Below the pieces are notes generated by a model. That model was given only the letters and a program-made list of their open reading frames with translations. It ran no database searches and was not told where the DNA came from. From positions 102,302,001 to 102,366,000 of the forward strand of contig NC_087436.1 in the NCBI RefSeq assembly GCF_036321535.1: DNA of 64,000 nucleotides, read 5' to 3'. Both the position numbers and the translations under genes were made by a program. Origin of the DNA: Camelus dromedarius (taxonomy: Eukaryota). Shown here in pieces: positions 25,130-39,490 of the stretch (within the stretch, counting starts at the first letter, position 1; the number at the start of each line of letters is the position of its first letter).

Positions 25130-25550
25130 TGAATAAAATAGATTTATTGAATACCTACTATATGTTGGGTACTGTTTGATGCACTAAGGAAACAGCAGGA
25201 TGGAAACAGACAAAAATCTTTACCCTCCATGAGAGTATTATTCTTGGGTTGGGGATGATAAATAAACAATATAGACAGAAGGATGAATAGGTATCTTCAG
25301 AGAGCATTAAGAAAATAGACAATATAATGTAGAAGGATGTGGTAAATAAATATATGAGATCTAGTTTGCTTTTTTTATATAAAATAGGCCAAGAAATTCT
25401 TTCTGATAAAATCATGTTGAACAAAATTTGGAAATAAATGAGAGAGCAAAGGATGAAGATGTCTGATGGAGGTGTCTTCCAGACAGAGCAAATATGAGTT
25501 CAACCAAGACTCAAGCATGTACTATATGTTAAACATTTTAGTAGAAGGCA
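25130..25550 (-). mobile_element. L2 3' fragment
   Basis: 'atttattgaatacctactatatgttgggtactgtt...aacagacaaaaatctttaccctccatgag'. Confidence 0.8.
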
Positions 25551-27429
25551 AGAAAGAATAAGATCTCAATTTTTATGTTAAGAATAAAAATACAGGGTTT
25601 TGTCCTCAAGGTACATAATTATAAAAAGATCACCAATTCTATGTGATGGGGAGTTTGCCCCTAAAGGCTTATTAACATGGAAGTGAAATAAAATAGCAAT
25701 TAAATCTCTTTTATTGAAAAATTTAGAAACATTATTCATTTAAAATATATTTGAGTATCTAATAAAGTACTGTTTTAAGGATGATGAGTAATAGCAAATA
25801 AATAAAACATTCTTCTTGCTATTATGGGGTCTGAAATATAATTAACAAGATAAAGGGCATATAGATACTTGTATAGCCACACAGAAAACTATATAGCTGC
25901 CAAATAGTGGCTATATATAACAACTGCGTTGAATATAAAGAGAACACATAAAGCAAAAATAGTCAGGGACCAGTATATTAGGGAAAGTGACAATGTCAAA
26001 TATTTTTAAGAGAATATAGATTCTATGAATTTTCTTGAAGCAATAGTTTTCAAAAAAGGCTAAAAATATATATATCTTTCATTCACTAAATCAATTTGCG
26101 TAGTTCCAGGAATTATCTTGAAAGGGATATTTTATCAATTTTTTTATAGAAATTTCCAAAAATTGTCTTTTAAAATTTGCTTTAGAAATTGATGAAATTA
26201 CAGGAAACTTAGGGGGAAAAAAACATGTAAAGTTAATCCCTATGTATGGTTATAAAGAACAAACAGAAAAACAAGCTTAATTGTAAAATCTTTGCCTATG
26301 TCGATTGACCCCAGCCCATGTGAACCTTGTAAATACACATGTCAATGTAGAATTCAGGGTGAATTCATGGGTACCTCTCTGTGTCTGCCCATATCTCCAA
26401 ATCTTTGGGCTCCTTGATATTAAGGACCAAATGTTAGTTATCTTAGTACCCACAGAGTCTCACAAAAAAGTCTGCACAAATTGACAAAGGAATGAATATA
26501 ATACATCTTATATTGGAGCTTAAAAGTAATTGGATTTCATACAAATCCTGACTTTAATTCACTCCTCTAATTACATGAAATAACATTTCTTCTCTGAGGT
26601 TGAATGGTTTTTCAAATGAAAACTTGTACCCACCTCTCACGTGTCAACACTTTTTAATATTGTCTGAAACAGTAGAATGACACAGGCTTGGATGTGATAT
26701 TTACACCTTGGATAAAGAAAGGGAGGGCAGGGCATTTGAAAAGTTCTCTTTTTGAGGGACTTCTAATGATATTTAAAAATATATATTTGGCTGCTTTTAC
26801 CATTTCAAGAAATATAAGAAGTATAATATTCTATACATAAAGATAAGTACTTAAAAGGTTCAAAATTATTTTTAGCAGAGCTAAATTTCGATGACAATAA
26901 AATCAAGTATTGGTGGAATAACTAGTGAATTCCAAGTAGTCACTGTAGAGAAAAATAAGGCAAAATTCCAGCATTTAAGAAATCAGTATTTTAAAAGTAG
27001 TTTGAGGGAGGACTGTATCTCTATCCAGAAAACGTAAGTTAGAAATATAACAAATGTTCATGCCTATAGTAGAATTATCAGGAGATATAGAAATTAAGCA
27101 GATATTACATATTTTAGACTGAAATAGTTGGGAAAGGGATTGACAAAAAGATATGAACCTTTAATTTGACTTTAAAAGATAATATATTGGGAAAAACATC
27201 AAGATATATGTCAGAAAAATATTGCAATAGTAAACTCTAGTATGGAAAAATTAGTCCATTGTATCAAGCCAGTCATAAAATAAAGCTATACTGTGTTTGG
27301 AAATATTTTCAAACTGTGTTATGCTGTCCACCTCAAAATTCTCCCTCCTATGTTACATGAATTTATGCCCAAAGTATTTACAACAGTGTTAGTATATAGA
27401 TACATACTACAGAGGAGTAGCCTGGAAAA

Positions 27430-28130
27430 TTAGTTCATTCAAAAACCATTAATTTGTTTTTCTAGACATTGGAACACATCAGTGATCAAAGAATGTCTCC
27501 CTGCCTTTTTGGAGTTTACATTGACAAAGGTCAGAATATTTTTTCCTCAAAAGATTCACATAGTAAATATTTTCAGCTTTTTGAGTCTTACATTTCTGTT
27601 ACAAATACTAAACTCAGCCATCGTATCATAAAAGCATCCCTAGTGAATACATAAATATATGAGTGTGGCTATGTTCCAATTAAGCTTTGTTTACAAAAAG
27701 AGAAGTTGGGCTGGACTTGTTCTATGGGACATAGTTTGTCGACCTCAATTCTAACTGTACATTTTATAATATGCTGGAAGGTGACAAGTCATAAGGAGAG
27801 AACAGAAGGATGGGTTAGGGAAGAGGAAGTGGAGAAGAGGTTAAAATAGTAAATAAAATGGTCAGGGTGGACCTCATTCAGAAAGTACTGTGTGTGAAAA
27901 GAATGGAGGGAAGTGAGGAAAAAAATCTATTCATTCATCTGGCAGAATTGCTCCAGGCAGGTGGAAAGCCCGCTGCACAGGGATATTGTCTGTCTTGCTT
28001 TGGAATGAGAAAGGAGGCCAGAGTTTCTGTAGTGGAGTGACAGAAAGGGATAACAGAAGATGCAATCAAAGAACTTTCTGTGTGCACATCCTTATATGCC
28101 AATGTACAATTGCTTGCTTTTATTCTGAGA
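27430..28130 (-). mobile_element. L2 fragment interrupted by MER58
   Basis: L2 motifs on both sides of the insert: 'tctagacattggaacacatcagtga...ctccctgcctttttggagtttacatt' and 'ggtcagggtggacctcattcagaaag...aaggaggccagagt'. Confidence 0.75.
27525..27748 (+). mobile_element. MER58A-like hAT-Charlie non-autonomous DNA transposon
   Basis: 'atagtaaatattttcagcttt...gagtgtggctatgttccaattaagctttgtttacaaaaa...atagtttgtcgacc'; ~224 bp with decayed terminal inverted repeats. Confidence 0.85.
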
Positions 28131-28599
28131 CAAATTAATAGTAATAATAAATAAATAATAAAAATTGTGTGCACTTATTCATTCATAATTTTATACTGTA
28201 ATAAATGTGTTTACTATATACAGTTGCTGAGGGGAATAAATAATAAATAAGTCATGTTTATAAATAATTTAGTATAGTAACCAGCAGATGGTAAGTGTCC
28301 AATAAATATTAACTGATATCATTAGTGTTATTATTGTTGTTTTTGTTATCATCACTTGATATCACAGTGGGTATAAAAAATAAATTTGATGAGAAAAACA
28401 AATATAAAGAAAGGATCCAGAGGCAGAAAGGTGACTGTCAGAGAAAGCAATTACATTCCTTCTCTCTTGGTAACATGACCCCTAGCTGGCCATTAGACTT
28501 CTATGGTAGAATATTTGCAAAAATGATATAGTTATTTCTCAACCTGTATTTTTGCTCAGTTGAATCAGGGGTTAAAAGGCTTCCTTTGACAGATGAAGT

Positions 28600-29012
28600 T
28601 TAAGTATTTGTCTGTTTCTACATCCATTGAATATGGACTGGTTTTGTGGCTTGCTACGGTCAATAGGAAGTAATAAAAGAGATATACCAATTCTGACTTA
28701 GGACTCAAAGTCTGTAAGCCCCTTGTGAAGAAGCCCTGGCTAGCCTAAAGAAGAATAATAGACACGTAGTCTCTCCTTGGTCCCAGATGATTGCAAGCCA
28801 ACCACCAATTATGCAAGCGATGCTATCTTAGACCACCCAGCACTCAATCGACTGAAACATAAGAGCAAACTCAATTGACAGGTGAGAATTACATCAGTAA
28901 AACCACCAGATGACTCATAGACTCATCATAGACTCATCAGTAAAAATATATGGCTTTTGTATGAAACTGCTGAGTTTTGGAGAGATTTGTACACAGGAAA
29001 GAATAGCTGATA
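28600..29012 (+). mobile_element. MLT1G/H-like LTR
   Basis: 'ccattgaatatggactggttttgtggcttgct...ttgtgaagaagccctggctagcct...ctgctgagttttggagagatttgt'. Confidence 0.65.
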
Positions 29013-29879
29013 ATGCTAACACATAGTCTGTAGATTTTTTGAAACTGAGAAATAAAAGACTGTAGTTCAAGAAACAGAGAATTTGGAGAAATTTGGGGGG
29101 GAAAAAGGTAGCAGGTTAATTGAGTTATATCTTGGAAAATTCTTGGACCATTTCCAAAGTATGCAGACTGACACCTTGGGCAATCTGAATGGAAGGACAT
29201 AGATGTCAGTGCACTAGGAAGGCCTTTATGCATAATCAAAAGAAACTATCAAGTATTGTTTGTATGTAAGATAAATGGTTTTTACCCATTAAGTTCGCTT
29301 TATATCTCTTGAATCTACTTTCTTAGTGTTTTGCTATGCTTATTGTTATTATAGTAATTTTAGTAACTAAGCTTTCAGATATTTCAGGTATTTCCATGAG
29401 TTGCAAAAGTAAGATTTAACCATCCAGCAATGGCCTGAGAAATTACTTACCTCATAGTAACTCATGAAAACATTTAAAGTTTCTAGATACTGACTTATTG
29501 ACTCAAACTATACTTTTACCTATATAAAACTCTTTTATTAGTTGAGGCCAGTATCTAATGAACAATTTGTGCATCTTCTCAGCTAATGATGAAGAAAAGA
29601 AATAAGATACATTATCAGTTTCTAGTTTATACTGTCTTTTAACTGTCTATTTTACATATATATATATTTGCAGTTTTGTGTGGAAATAGTCTATGATTTT
29701 CTGGGTTCAAGTACTTGAAGGAATTTTAGGTACAAATACATCATTCCTTTAAAGTAAATTAAATTATTAATAAATATATATATTAAGCACTTACATTCAG
29801 ACTTTCTATTATAGGGGTAAAGGCATGGTGGAAATGATTTTCAAACAAATGGAAAAGTGATGGGCATTCTCCTTAAGGA

Positions 29880-30419
29880 GTGTTTTGCTTATCTTCCTAA
29901 AACATCAACAATAATTGTATTGTCTCTTAGAGTTTCTGTGAATCAGGAATTCAGAAAGGGTTCAGGGAGATGGTTCTCTCTCTCTCATGTAACTGCCTTC
30001 AGGTACAGACCAGAGCTGAAAGAGTTGGATAAATTTACCAGGCATGTGTCTCTCTCACTCTCTCTCTCTCTCTCCCTCCCTCCCCACCTCCTCGTTTAGT
30101 CTAAAAGTCTCTTTATATGATCTATCTTCATGGGCTAGTTTGGGGTTCCTCATACCATAGGGCTTCTTATATAGTAGCTCTGGGCCCCAAAATATCTGTC
30201 TAATCAAAAAAAAGCAATGGTCCACTGTTGTTTATGAACTAGTCTCTGAAGTTAAACAGTGTCACTTCCACTACTTTCCACTGGTTACAAGGTAGCAATA
30301 GATTCACTCAGATTCATAAGATGAAGAGTTCCCTTTATGCTTCATAAAAATGGCAAAATCACAATGTGGGATTGAAGTTACTGTTGTGGCCTTCTCTGTA
30401 AAATAGTGTGCCTACCACA
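29880..30419 (-). mobile_element. MLT1G/H-like LTR
   Basis: 'tttctgtgaatcaggaattcagaaaggg...tgggctagtttggggttcctcata...ctagtctctgaagttaaacagtgtcacttccact...ctaccaca'. Confidence 0.75.
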
Positions 30420-31494
30420 GGATGCAGTGCAATTAGCCCAAATATTATAAATGGATGTCTCCTTCTCTCTGCACAACCAAAGTAGAAATTTCTCCTCGAA
30501 AGGGTGTATTGAATATTATCACTACTTCAACATCTCAAACATTCTTTTCAAATAAATATTATTTTTTAATTCCAATTTTATAGCTACTTTGAGAAGCTTT
30601 GGGTGAGTAGTTAAACGGAATCTTATTTCAGTACTATGGAACTTCCTAGACACTGGCACTAGCAAATTAACAAGCTGGTCAAAAGTATTTTTGAGTGTTT
30701 TGGTGCAAGAACAATAGAGACAAGATAGCCTGTAGATTTGTTTATTGAAACAATTACATAAAGATTAAAAAATTTATTTTCCTTATTTCAACTAATTTTT
30801 AAAAATATTCTATCTTTATGGTAGATCTTATAATAATTGCCTTGGGTATCTGAACTTGCATTTTTTTCCCATTTTGGAAAACACTTGACTATGATGATAG
30901 TCCTTTTTATGGAGTTTAATATCTGCAAAAAATGGGGACAAATTAAGATAATAAATATAGTGATTTTTGTTTATGCTGTCAATTATAAAATTTCATGTGA
31001 AGCCATACAAATGATATATGTCTTCAAAAGAAATCCAAATCACACTATTCTAATTTTTAGTTCAGGAAAGATACTGTTTATGTTATACACAGAATTTTTT
31101 TCCTATATTCAATAAATACACATGTTAGCATAAAAATGCTATGTTCTGATTATGAAGATATTTATATATAATTTAATAATAATGTCTTAGCACTATTATT
31201 TCTTATCGTTGAATATCAGTGTAATTTCCTGTGTTTCCCAAAAGGAAAACAACATCACAATAGAGGTAAATGCTTCTAAGGGAAAGGTTTATTGTGAAAT
31301 GTTGCAAATTATTCACAATTTCAAATCTCAGTCAAATAACAAAAGGATATATTTAACCAAATCTTCATCCAATTCAACTTGAGCATTTTGCCATTACCAG
31401 GATAGAAGCTCCATAACAGCTCGGACTTTTGTTTGTATTACTCACCTGTGTATCCTAAGCACCTAGAGTTATGTCTGTTCTACAGAAAACAGAT

Positions 31495-31905
31495 GTAGCA
31501 GGTGTTTTAGGCACCGATGTCACATCCTTTTGGGCAACCTTTGATTTCAGCCAAACTGTGCCAACGTACTGATTCACCTTGACTTTAAGTATCAATCTCA
31601 AGCATATTTATGAGTTTTTCCAGATGTGCTCCAGGACCCAAGGCTTCTAGAACTTTAGATCCTGGTGAAACTTCTAGCCCAGAAGTGTGGGACAACTCTC
31701 GGATGTTAGTTAGCAAATGGAAACTTTGGATAATGCTCCAGCCTTCCATCTTTCAACTGCATGCTTCTGGAAGGCATTCAATTCAGTATGCTTTTTAATA
31801 AAGCACACTATCAGTAAAGCTCTTGGGACCACCTTCCAAATAAAAGACCTCTCAAGTTCTAGTCTTGGATACTTCATATTTTGGAGGGTAACAGAATGTA
31901 GTAAA
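31495..31905 (+). mobile_element. LTR16-like (ERVL) solo LTR
   Basis: Starts TGTAGCAGGTG; 3' part 'ctcttgggaccaccttccaaataaaagacct' resembles LTR16 'CCTGGGATCACCTCCCAAATAAACTACCTG'. Confidence 0.6.
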
Positions 31906-33199
31906 GACTTTTGAAAATGTGCTTCTGGTAAGTTAATTATTTAAATTTCATATGAAACTATTTTTAGAATCCACTTCCCTGGTCAAACTGGGGATCTTAA
32001 AATTCACATAAAGAGAGGGTTGCATAAAACACATACTCTAATTAAACTGTAGTAAAACATGGTTTGGGATAAATGCTTCTCTTTGACCTTTAAGAAGAGA
32101 AAAATTCTGAAAGAATGGCAGAGGGAATTTAGTTCTTTTGTCCTCTAGTTTTAGAAAATCATATTTCACAGGTCAACTATCCAGTAATTGAATATAAATC
32201 AACAATTTAGCATTTATTGATCAAATGAAAGTGTAATTGCATTTTACATTTTAATGCATGTATGCATTGTTTTAACTACATATTAATTGAATTTATCCTT
32301 TTCCAGATACTCAGATGTATAGACAGCATCAAATCCTCAAGAATTAATGATTATGAGACTGAGACACAACATTTTTTCACATCAAAACATCATGAATCCA
32401 TATTTATATTTTATGAATATTTATCAAAATAAAACAGTTTTATAAGTGTAAACATATATAGTTATTTCATAAGTGGTTTATTTAGAAAAATAAATAGGTA
32501 AAAACTACATCTTATTAAGCAATAGAGAAATAATACAATACACACGAATTAAAATTTAGCTCAATATAGAGGGCACGCACTGGCAGGAAGCCCAGAATAT
32601 TTAGATATAAATCATGGACTGATGTTAAAGAATTTTCATTGACAGGAGGTGAGTTGTCAGTGAGACCAAAATAAAAGGAGGCTTTATTGAGACTAATGAG
32701 TTTGTACCTCAATATAACAGTTGTATTTCAAGACGTTTTTCTCATTGGTACTGTAGATTAATTCTCCATAATAAGTATTAATAGATTAATTTTTCCATAA
32801 CAATATACATACCAAATTTGTTTTAAGAATTAATTTTTGTACATTTTAAACCACTGTCTTACTGTTACGAATATGAAATAATGTGTCGATTTAAAGATGA
32901 ATCAACTGATTCGTCAAGTAATTCTCCCTGGATGAAGAAAAGAGGGAACAGATATGGTAAATCTAAAGATGCTTTCAAATCTAACTAGGCTTGGCATATG
33001 TTTGAATCAGTAGCAGTAACTGGCATATTCTGCTGTGGTCATTGTTAAGCTGGCCACATAAAGTTATTTCGAGGTGTCTACCTAGCATTCTCATATACAA
33101 GTTTCCTTGGCACATCAGAATAAAAAATAATCTCATCAATCTCTTCTGTGTAGGATATTATGAATGTGTGTGTGTGAGAATTTATATATACTATTTGTA

Positions 33200-33740
33200 G
33201 AATGTGGAGTGCCTAACACTCTGCCAGTTGCTGGGATACAAAAATGAATGAAGTACAATTATTTAATAGTTCAAGATTTTTACAGTCTGGTGGATCAATG
33301 CAGACAAGGTAATAGAAAATTTCAGTGGCTGAAATGTCACCATCTGCCCAAATACTAGACGCTATGGAGCTACACGAGACATTGAACCTCATCTTAGAAT
33401 ACCTGCAGGACAATTATCGGAAGGAAAGTGAAACCTAGGGGGTTTGTAGATATGGACAAAGTGAAAGAGAAGAAAATGATAATTAAGGATAATCGAACAT
33501 CTTTACAAGGACTGGAGACAGGATCATGGAATATATGATGAGTTAATAATTCAAAATAGTTGAAGCCAAGAATTTGAACTGATGAGTGGTAAGATTAGAG
33601 GCTAAAAAAATCAATAAATCCAATTATACATAGATTTATAAGACAATTTAACATGTTTTTAATCTATCTTTAAAGCAAAGAGCAAACACGAAAGATTTCA
33701 AGGCAAGAAGTAACATGAATTGACTAAATTTTAGTAGCAA
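33200..33740 (-). mobile_element. L2 fragment, decayed
   Basis: 'gagtgcctaac...tgctgggatacaaaaatgaat...tttacagtctggtgg' and 'aagatttcaaggcaagaagtaacatga'. Confidence 0.6.
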
Positions 33741-35349
33741 GTATTTAGCATTTAGTCTCATCGAAATATTTTATCAATTTTAAAAAGTGATATTCTAGTC
33801 TCACCTTGAGTAATTCCAGAGATAGTCAATCCCTATAATATAGTGGAGACCAATTCACTTGTACAAAATTACTATGCATCCTGAACAGTAACTATAAGGG
33901 AATCTTTGTCTGATACTAAGAAATAATTGGTAAAAGATTCCATTTAAAAAGCAAAGGGAATTTTATCAATGATCTGAATTATCCAACCCAGTAAATATGT
34001 TCTTTCTCAAGTCTCTCATTATTATATTTTAAGGTTATAATGCCTGAAATTATCAAAAAAAAAGTACTAAACACTTTCATTTTGACATTATAAACTTTAC
34101 TAAAGTCATGCTATAGATACATCTTGAGTAATAATTCTCTTTCAAGCTCTATGCTAGATGCCATGTTAAAGAAATAAAACCATTAATAAATATCACACAC
34201 TATGATTAGAATATATACAATTTTACAGATAACTTGACAAAGGCAAGTGTCTGCATTCTCTATCTCCAGGAATGCATCAAATATGTTAAATCAAAAAATT
34301 TTATAATCCTCCTGAATTTAAAATTATATTCTAGAGACTGACACAAGCAAAATAAAAATAAAAAAGTCAACCTTTAAGGTCACAACACTGAAATGACTTT
34401 TTCCCCACATCTAAAAGCAAAAAAATGAAAGAAGAAACTTCTGCCTATTTCTAATGGATATTTTAAAATGGCATTAGAAGTTTCCTAGTGACAATATCTC
34501 AGGCTTAGCATGTTGCTTAAAAGTGCCTACAATTATGTCTTATACAACTGCTATGTTATATATACTCCATATGTATACATATTATTTGAGAAGTAAGAAT
34601 AAGAAAAGAAATTAATAAAAAAGTTAAGGAAGAAGAGGAGAAACAGAATTTAAAGTGTTCAGTGTATATAAATTACTCTATGAACTAACATTAATGCATA
34701 TGGGAAAGTATTTTCTCATCTAGAAAACTCACTGAAGTAAAAGAAAGTAAAGATAATTGTGGAAAACTTGCTTTGCTGCATTTAAAGTCAGTGTAGTATA
34801 ATGCCAGAATTCCTTCTCTCATTCCTCTTTTTTTCCCCTTAGGTATTGAATTAACAACTTAAAAATATAGAATATTGTTTTCATGAAACTCTTATTCCTA
34901 TGCTGTTAGCACTGCTGAGCAAGTCTCCTTTGAAATCAACAGGAGGGTCCAGTACAGAAGAGATACATGAACATGTACTAGAAAATAAAATTTCACAGCA
35001 TACTCTTTCATTTGATTAAATACTAAAATCCTATGTGAGACAGTCTTGATAGATGGTTTGGTACAGCTATAACATTGTGATTCAAAATTTTGACATATGA
35101 GCTAGGCAAATTGGGAAGTTTCATTAATTATCTCTGTCCTTTGAGGTGTGTGTGTGTGTGTTTAATTAGTCTACATATATTCACTAAACATTTACTAGAT
35201 AAGTCATGCACTATGCCAGGCACTGGGGATAAAAACAATTAAGAAATAGTTCCTGTCTTTAAGGACCAATCAGTAAGTACATTGTTGCATCATTCCTGCC
35301 TTCGAGACAGAAGAAGCATTTCCCATCGTCATCATTTGTTTCATAGGGA

Positions 35350-35732
35350 ATGGAGAGGTCTCTGTTGGATACTTTCATAGTTTCTGTGTGCCTGTCTCTA
35401 TGTCCCCAGGTGCCCGTGTTTTGCTTTTAATGACTGCCCTTAAGCTACAGAGCCATTTTCCCCCACAACACAAAGAGATTGGAGGGGTAGGAGGAAATGA
35501 CTGGGTGGTTAGAGTTTCCACATCTCCATCCTACTCTTCACACACACACTCCCTACAAATGGAACAAAATAAGAGGCATAACTAAGCTTTAGAGCTCCCT
35601 TCTGGATTGCAATAGGGCTGATGCTCGGATTTCGTCAAAATTACTTGACTTCTTGGGAGCATCTCCTTAATAAATTGCACGTATGTGAATACAAACTATC
35701 ATGTTCTGTTTCAGGGAAACCAGACCTATAAT
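35350..35732 (+). mobile_element. LTR16-like (ERVL) LTR, decayed
   Basis: 3' end 'cttcttgggagcatctccttaataaattgcacgtatgtgaat...ttctgtttcagggaaaccagacct'. Confidence 0.55.
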
Positions 35733-36432
35733 AGTGTTCAGTTGGCATTTTTCTATTTCTTCTCTAAAGTTTTGGAGATTACTAAAGATGAAGCATAATA
35801 TATAGTCAGCAATTCTTTACACAACATTCATCACTAAAACTGTGAACTCCAAACATAAAAATCAATGCAACTCACATGTCACAATAAAGTAAATATATCT
35901 AGACCTTGTTTGTACTTCAAAACCTATAAATATCTTATCTACAAGGTAGAGAGTCTGTGCGATTATATTTTTTTCACTTCAGAGAGGATTATCACATGAA
36001 CTTGGGGTGAGTAAGGTCAAAAAAAATGTTGGTCTGGGTCCTCCTCCTGGTAGTAGCAACAGCAAGTCAGATTTTATGAATGACAAATATTATAGAATGG
36101 TTAGCCTGGTCAAGGTTAAAAAATTACTTACTGCTTAAAATGTTTATTGTTCCCATTCATCTAAAAAATAACTCATTCAGAAGATAGCATAGTAAAACAA
36201 TTTGGTTATTTAATTTGTAATATTTGTACCATGCAAGATTCTAGTATACTTCAGTTCTGATTCTGACTTGTTTTGTCCCCATCACTCTAAATTACAGCTG
36301 ATTATAAACAAGCAAAAGAAAGGAGGGGCCTACTGAAAATAAATGAGGTAATTTGTATGAATTTTTGTAATGGTATAAAAGAATAAGATTTTTTTTTCTA
36401 CATGATCAATACCCAATATCTTTAAGAGTTAC

Positions 36433-37110
36433 TTTTTAATTGAAGTATAGTTGATTTACTATGTTTTGTTAGTTTCAGGTGTACAGCAAAGTGATTCAGT
36501 TATAGGCATTATTTTCAGATTATTTTCCATTATAGTTTATTACAAGATCTTGAATATAGTTTCCTGTGCTGTACAGTAAATCCTTTTGGCTTACTTATTT
36601 TATGTTTACTACTTTGTATCTGTTAATCCCATACTCCTAATTTACCCCTTTTACCCTCCCTTTTCCTTTTGGTAACCATAGTTTGTTTTCTGTGTCTGTG
36701 AATCTGTTTCTGTTTTGTGTATAGATTCATTTGTATTACATATTTTTTAGATTTCACATGTAAGTAATAAAATATTTGTCTTTCTCTGTCTGACTTTATT
36801 TGGTATAGTATTCTCTAGGTCCATTCGTGTTGCTGCAAGGCAATATTTCATTCTTTTTATGGCTGAGTAATATTCTTAAGCCAATCGTCTTTTGAAGAGC
36901 ACTTGGGTTGTTTCCATGTCTCAGTTATTGTAAATAGTGCTGCTATGAACATTGGGGTACATGTATGTTTTCAAATTAGAGTTTTTATCTTTTCCAGGTA
37001 TATGCCCAGGAGTGGAATTTCTGGATCATACAGTAATCCTATTTTTAGTTTTAAAGACCCTCCATACTCTTTTCAATAGTGTCTGCACCAATTTATAATT
37101 CCACCAAAAG
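36433..37110 (-). mobile_element. 5'-truncated L1 (cetartiodactyl-type 3' UTR plus ORF2 end)
   Basis: 'tttttaattgaagtatagttgatttac...ttagtttcaggtgtacagcaaagtgattcagttata' through 'gtaaatagtgctgctatgaacattggggtacatgta...tatgcccaggagtggaat...ctgcaccaatttataattccacc'. Confidence 0.93.
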
Positions 37111-39079
37111 TACTCAACCCCTTGGGAGGATGTGAGAAACCCAAGAGATATGACTCAGGACAATCCTACTGGAAAACAGAAACAGAAGAATCTTTTGTAT
37201 CTTATGTCCCTTTGACAATCATTTGCCCCACCCCTACCCCTGCCAGGCCACTACACTTCCAGGTTGCTACACTGAGCTTTAAGTCATTTTCTGCTGCATT
37301 CCATTCATGCAGCACAAAAACATAGCTGAGCTAAAAAAAATAAGCGTTGTTTTAGACTGAGGTGAGGGATTTCAAGATGTATCAACATAAATTTGGTCAT
37401 AGTACCAATAGCTAGAATACAGTGTGAGGCTGCATATTCAATGTAATGCATAAGCAATATCTGAGATACACTCCATTGCATCTGTAGGTTTCCTTTTGTT
37501 ATTACACGAGTTTCATCTTTAGATATTGTGACAAGACTTCAGATATGTTTTGCTTTCCATGACACTTTGAAATAATTTTCTTTTTGCATAAATATTGGGT
37601 TGTAAACCTAGTGTTTTTATGACCAAATGCTGTGTTGTCCTCTCTTGCATCTTCATTAGTTAAATATCATGCTGTTGATTAAATCAAAAATCAATGAATA
37701 GTTTGAATTCCATATATTTACTTGAAAAGTGAATAAGGATAATTGTAAGAAGTCTGAGACTATCTTACTTATAAACATTACAAAGTTCATATTTTTCCTT
37801 CAATTTCTTGTACTTAAGAGACTAAGAAGACTTTTAAAATTTTCAAAGAACCAGCATGACCAACCTAACAGACTTAATCAGTTTTTAGTAACTGGTAAAA
37901 AAAAAAATTTAAATATATAAAGTTAAATAATTTTGGTTCTTATTTAAAAGAATCAAATGTTAAATTATATAATTCAGTCCTCCCTTATCTTTCCCTCAAT
38001 ACTGAGCCATTTGTTTAGGTAACTATTAAAGCAAATATAATTCTCTCCTCTTTAATACTGCTGTCTCTTGGCTTCATTCATTTTCATGTTCTTTTGTATC
38101 ATTCACAGCCCCAAACAAGTCTTTATGAAATGGTGCTATTAAGAATTGTGTATATTAGAAGAGATATTTCTAGCAGTTTAAACTGCAATTGTCCTCTTTT
38201 AAAATATATTTTTTTGGTAAATTTGAGTGCCTTAGTGTATTCCAAGAATGCCTGACATTCCAAAGGTAAGAAATGCGGAACTCAGTTTAGTTCAATAAAT
38301 ATTTGTTGCCACTGAAATTTTGTGTTAGTTGATATAGTTGTTAGCCAACATGCCCTATCTAGTAAATTATACTCAGCATGTTGATACAAGTAATCATGTT
38401 ATGTTTCTACGTTAAGTTTCTCTGTTAGATCAGTAATTTCATGAGGATATAAAAGCTAATATTAAACATTTATGAACATACAGAACCTTAAAGATTCAGC
38501 TGGTTATTACAGTTATTGAATAATTATGTAGTGGTCAAGTTTTATTTATTTCATTTATTTTTACAATTAATGTAGGCCCATCACTAAACACCAGAATTTG
38601 TGTCTAAATATGACTATTAATTGAAATTGATACAGAAGAGTAAGACAAAAATAATTCCTCTTCATGTCTTCCAAAGAAACTACCAAGTCCCATATAGGAG
38701 ACTTTACCTTAACATTTATGCAATTCTTGTTAAGAAGTCTTCTCAGTGGAAACAGAGATCCCATTTTGCTTTTTTCATTTATCTTATAATTCATCTCATT
38801 AAAAAGAGGGGATGGAAGGTAGAACACATCAGCACATTCTAAAGGGATTTTTAGCTTAACAGGTTGAATTTTAGAGTTAAAATTAAATACTGGTCTACAA
38901 AGTTCCCAAGTAATAGTGATGGGTTAGTTAAATAGATTACAGTCTTTACACCTGTGTTTGACAGGTCACACAAGACCTAGTTAAAGCTGAACAGAGTCAG
39001 AGAGAAAGAATATGTACAGATACGTAAATATATATGACAAATAGAAACCTCAACCATAAAACTCACAATTGAGATTGCC

Positions 39080-39490
39080 AGTGCCCATCAGTAAGGGTCC
39101 TTAGCAGCTAATCCAGGTGCTTAGCTGGGATGCATTGCATCTCTCACTTTCTAGATGTGGCCATGTGACTTGGATTTTGTCAGTTGTCAGTAGAGTTAAT
39201 GAGTGAACCTGACGGGCATTACTTTCAGGACTGTCCCATGCACACTTTCCTTCCAGAACTCTGACTCTCTTTCTCCATTGACTGATTGAATGCAGAGGAC
39301 ACTAAGTGCATTTAGGACGGTGGAGACACAGGATGGAAAAATTTGGCCCTGTGTAGAGCAGAGCCCTGGTCCCTTGGATACTTCTTCCTTCTACCCATGT
39401 TGGATGGTGTATTAAATGAGAAGTACATTTTTATTGCAATAAGCCAGTAAAATATCAGAATATATGTTATTGCAAATAACTCTGATAAAA
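39080..39490 (+). mobile_element. Old MaLR LTR (MLT1I/J-like)
   Basis: 'tagatgtggccatgtgact...ggtggagacacaggatggaa...aatgagaagtacatttttattgcaataagcca'. Confidence 0.6.

Noticed and set aside
28915..28938. Short tandem duplication TCATAGACTCA x2 (similar TGATCTGATTT x2 near 55829)
   Set aside because: Two-copy slippage duplications inside old repeats; no spacers, not an array
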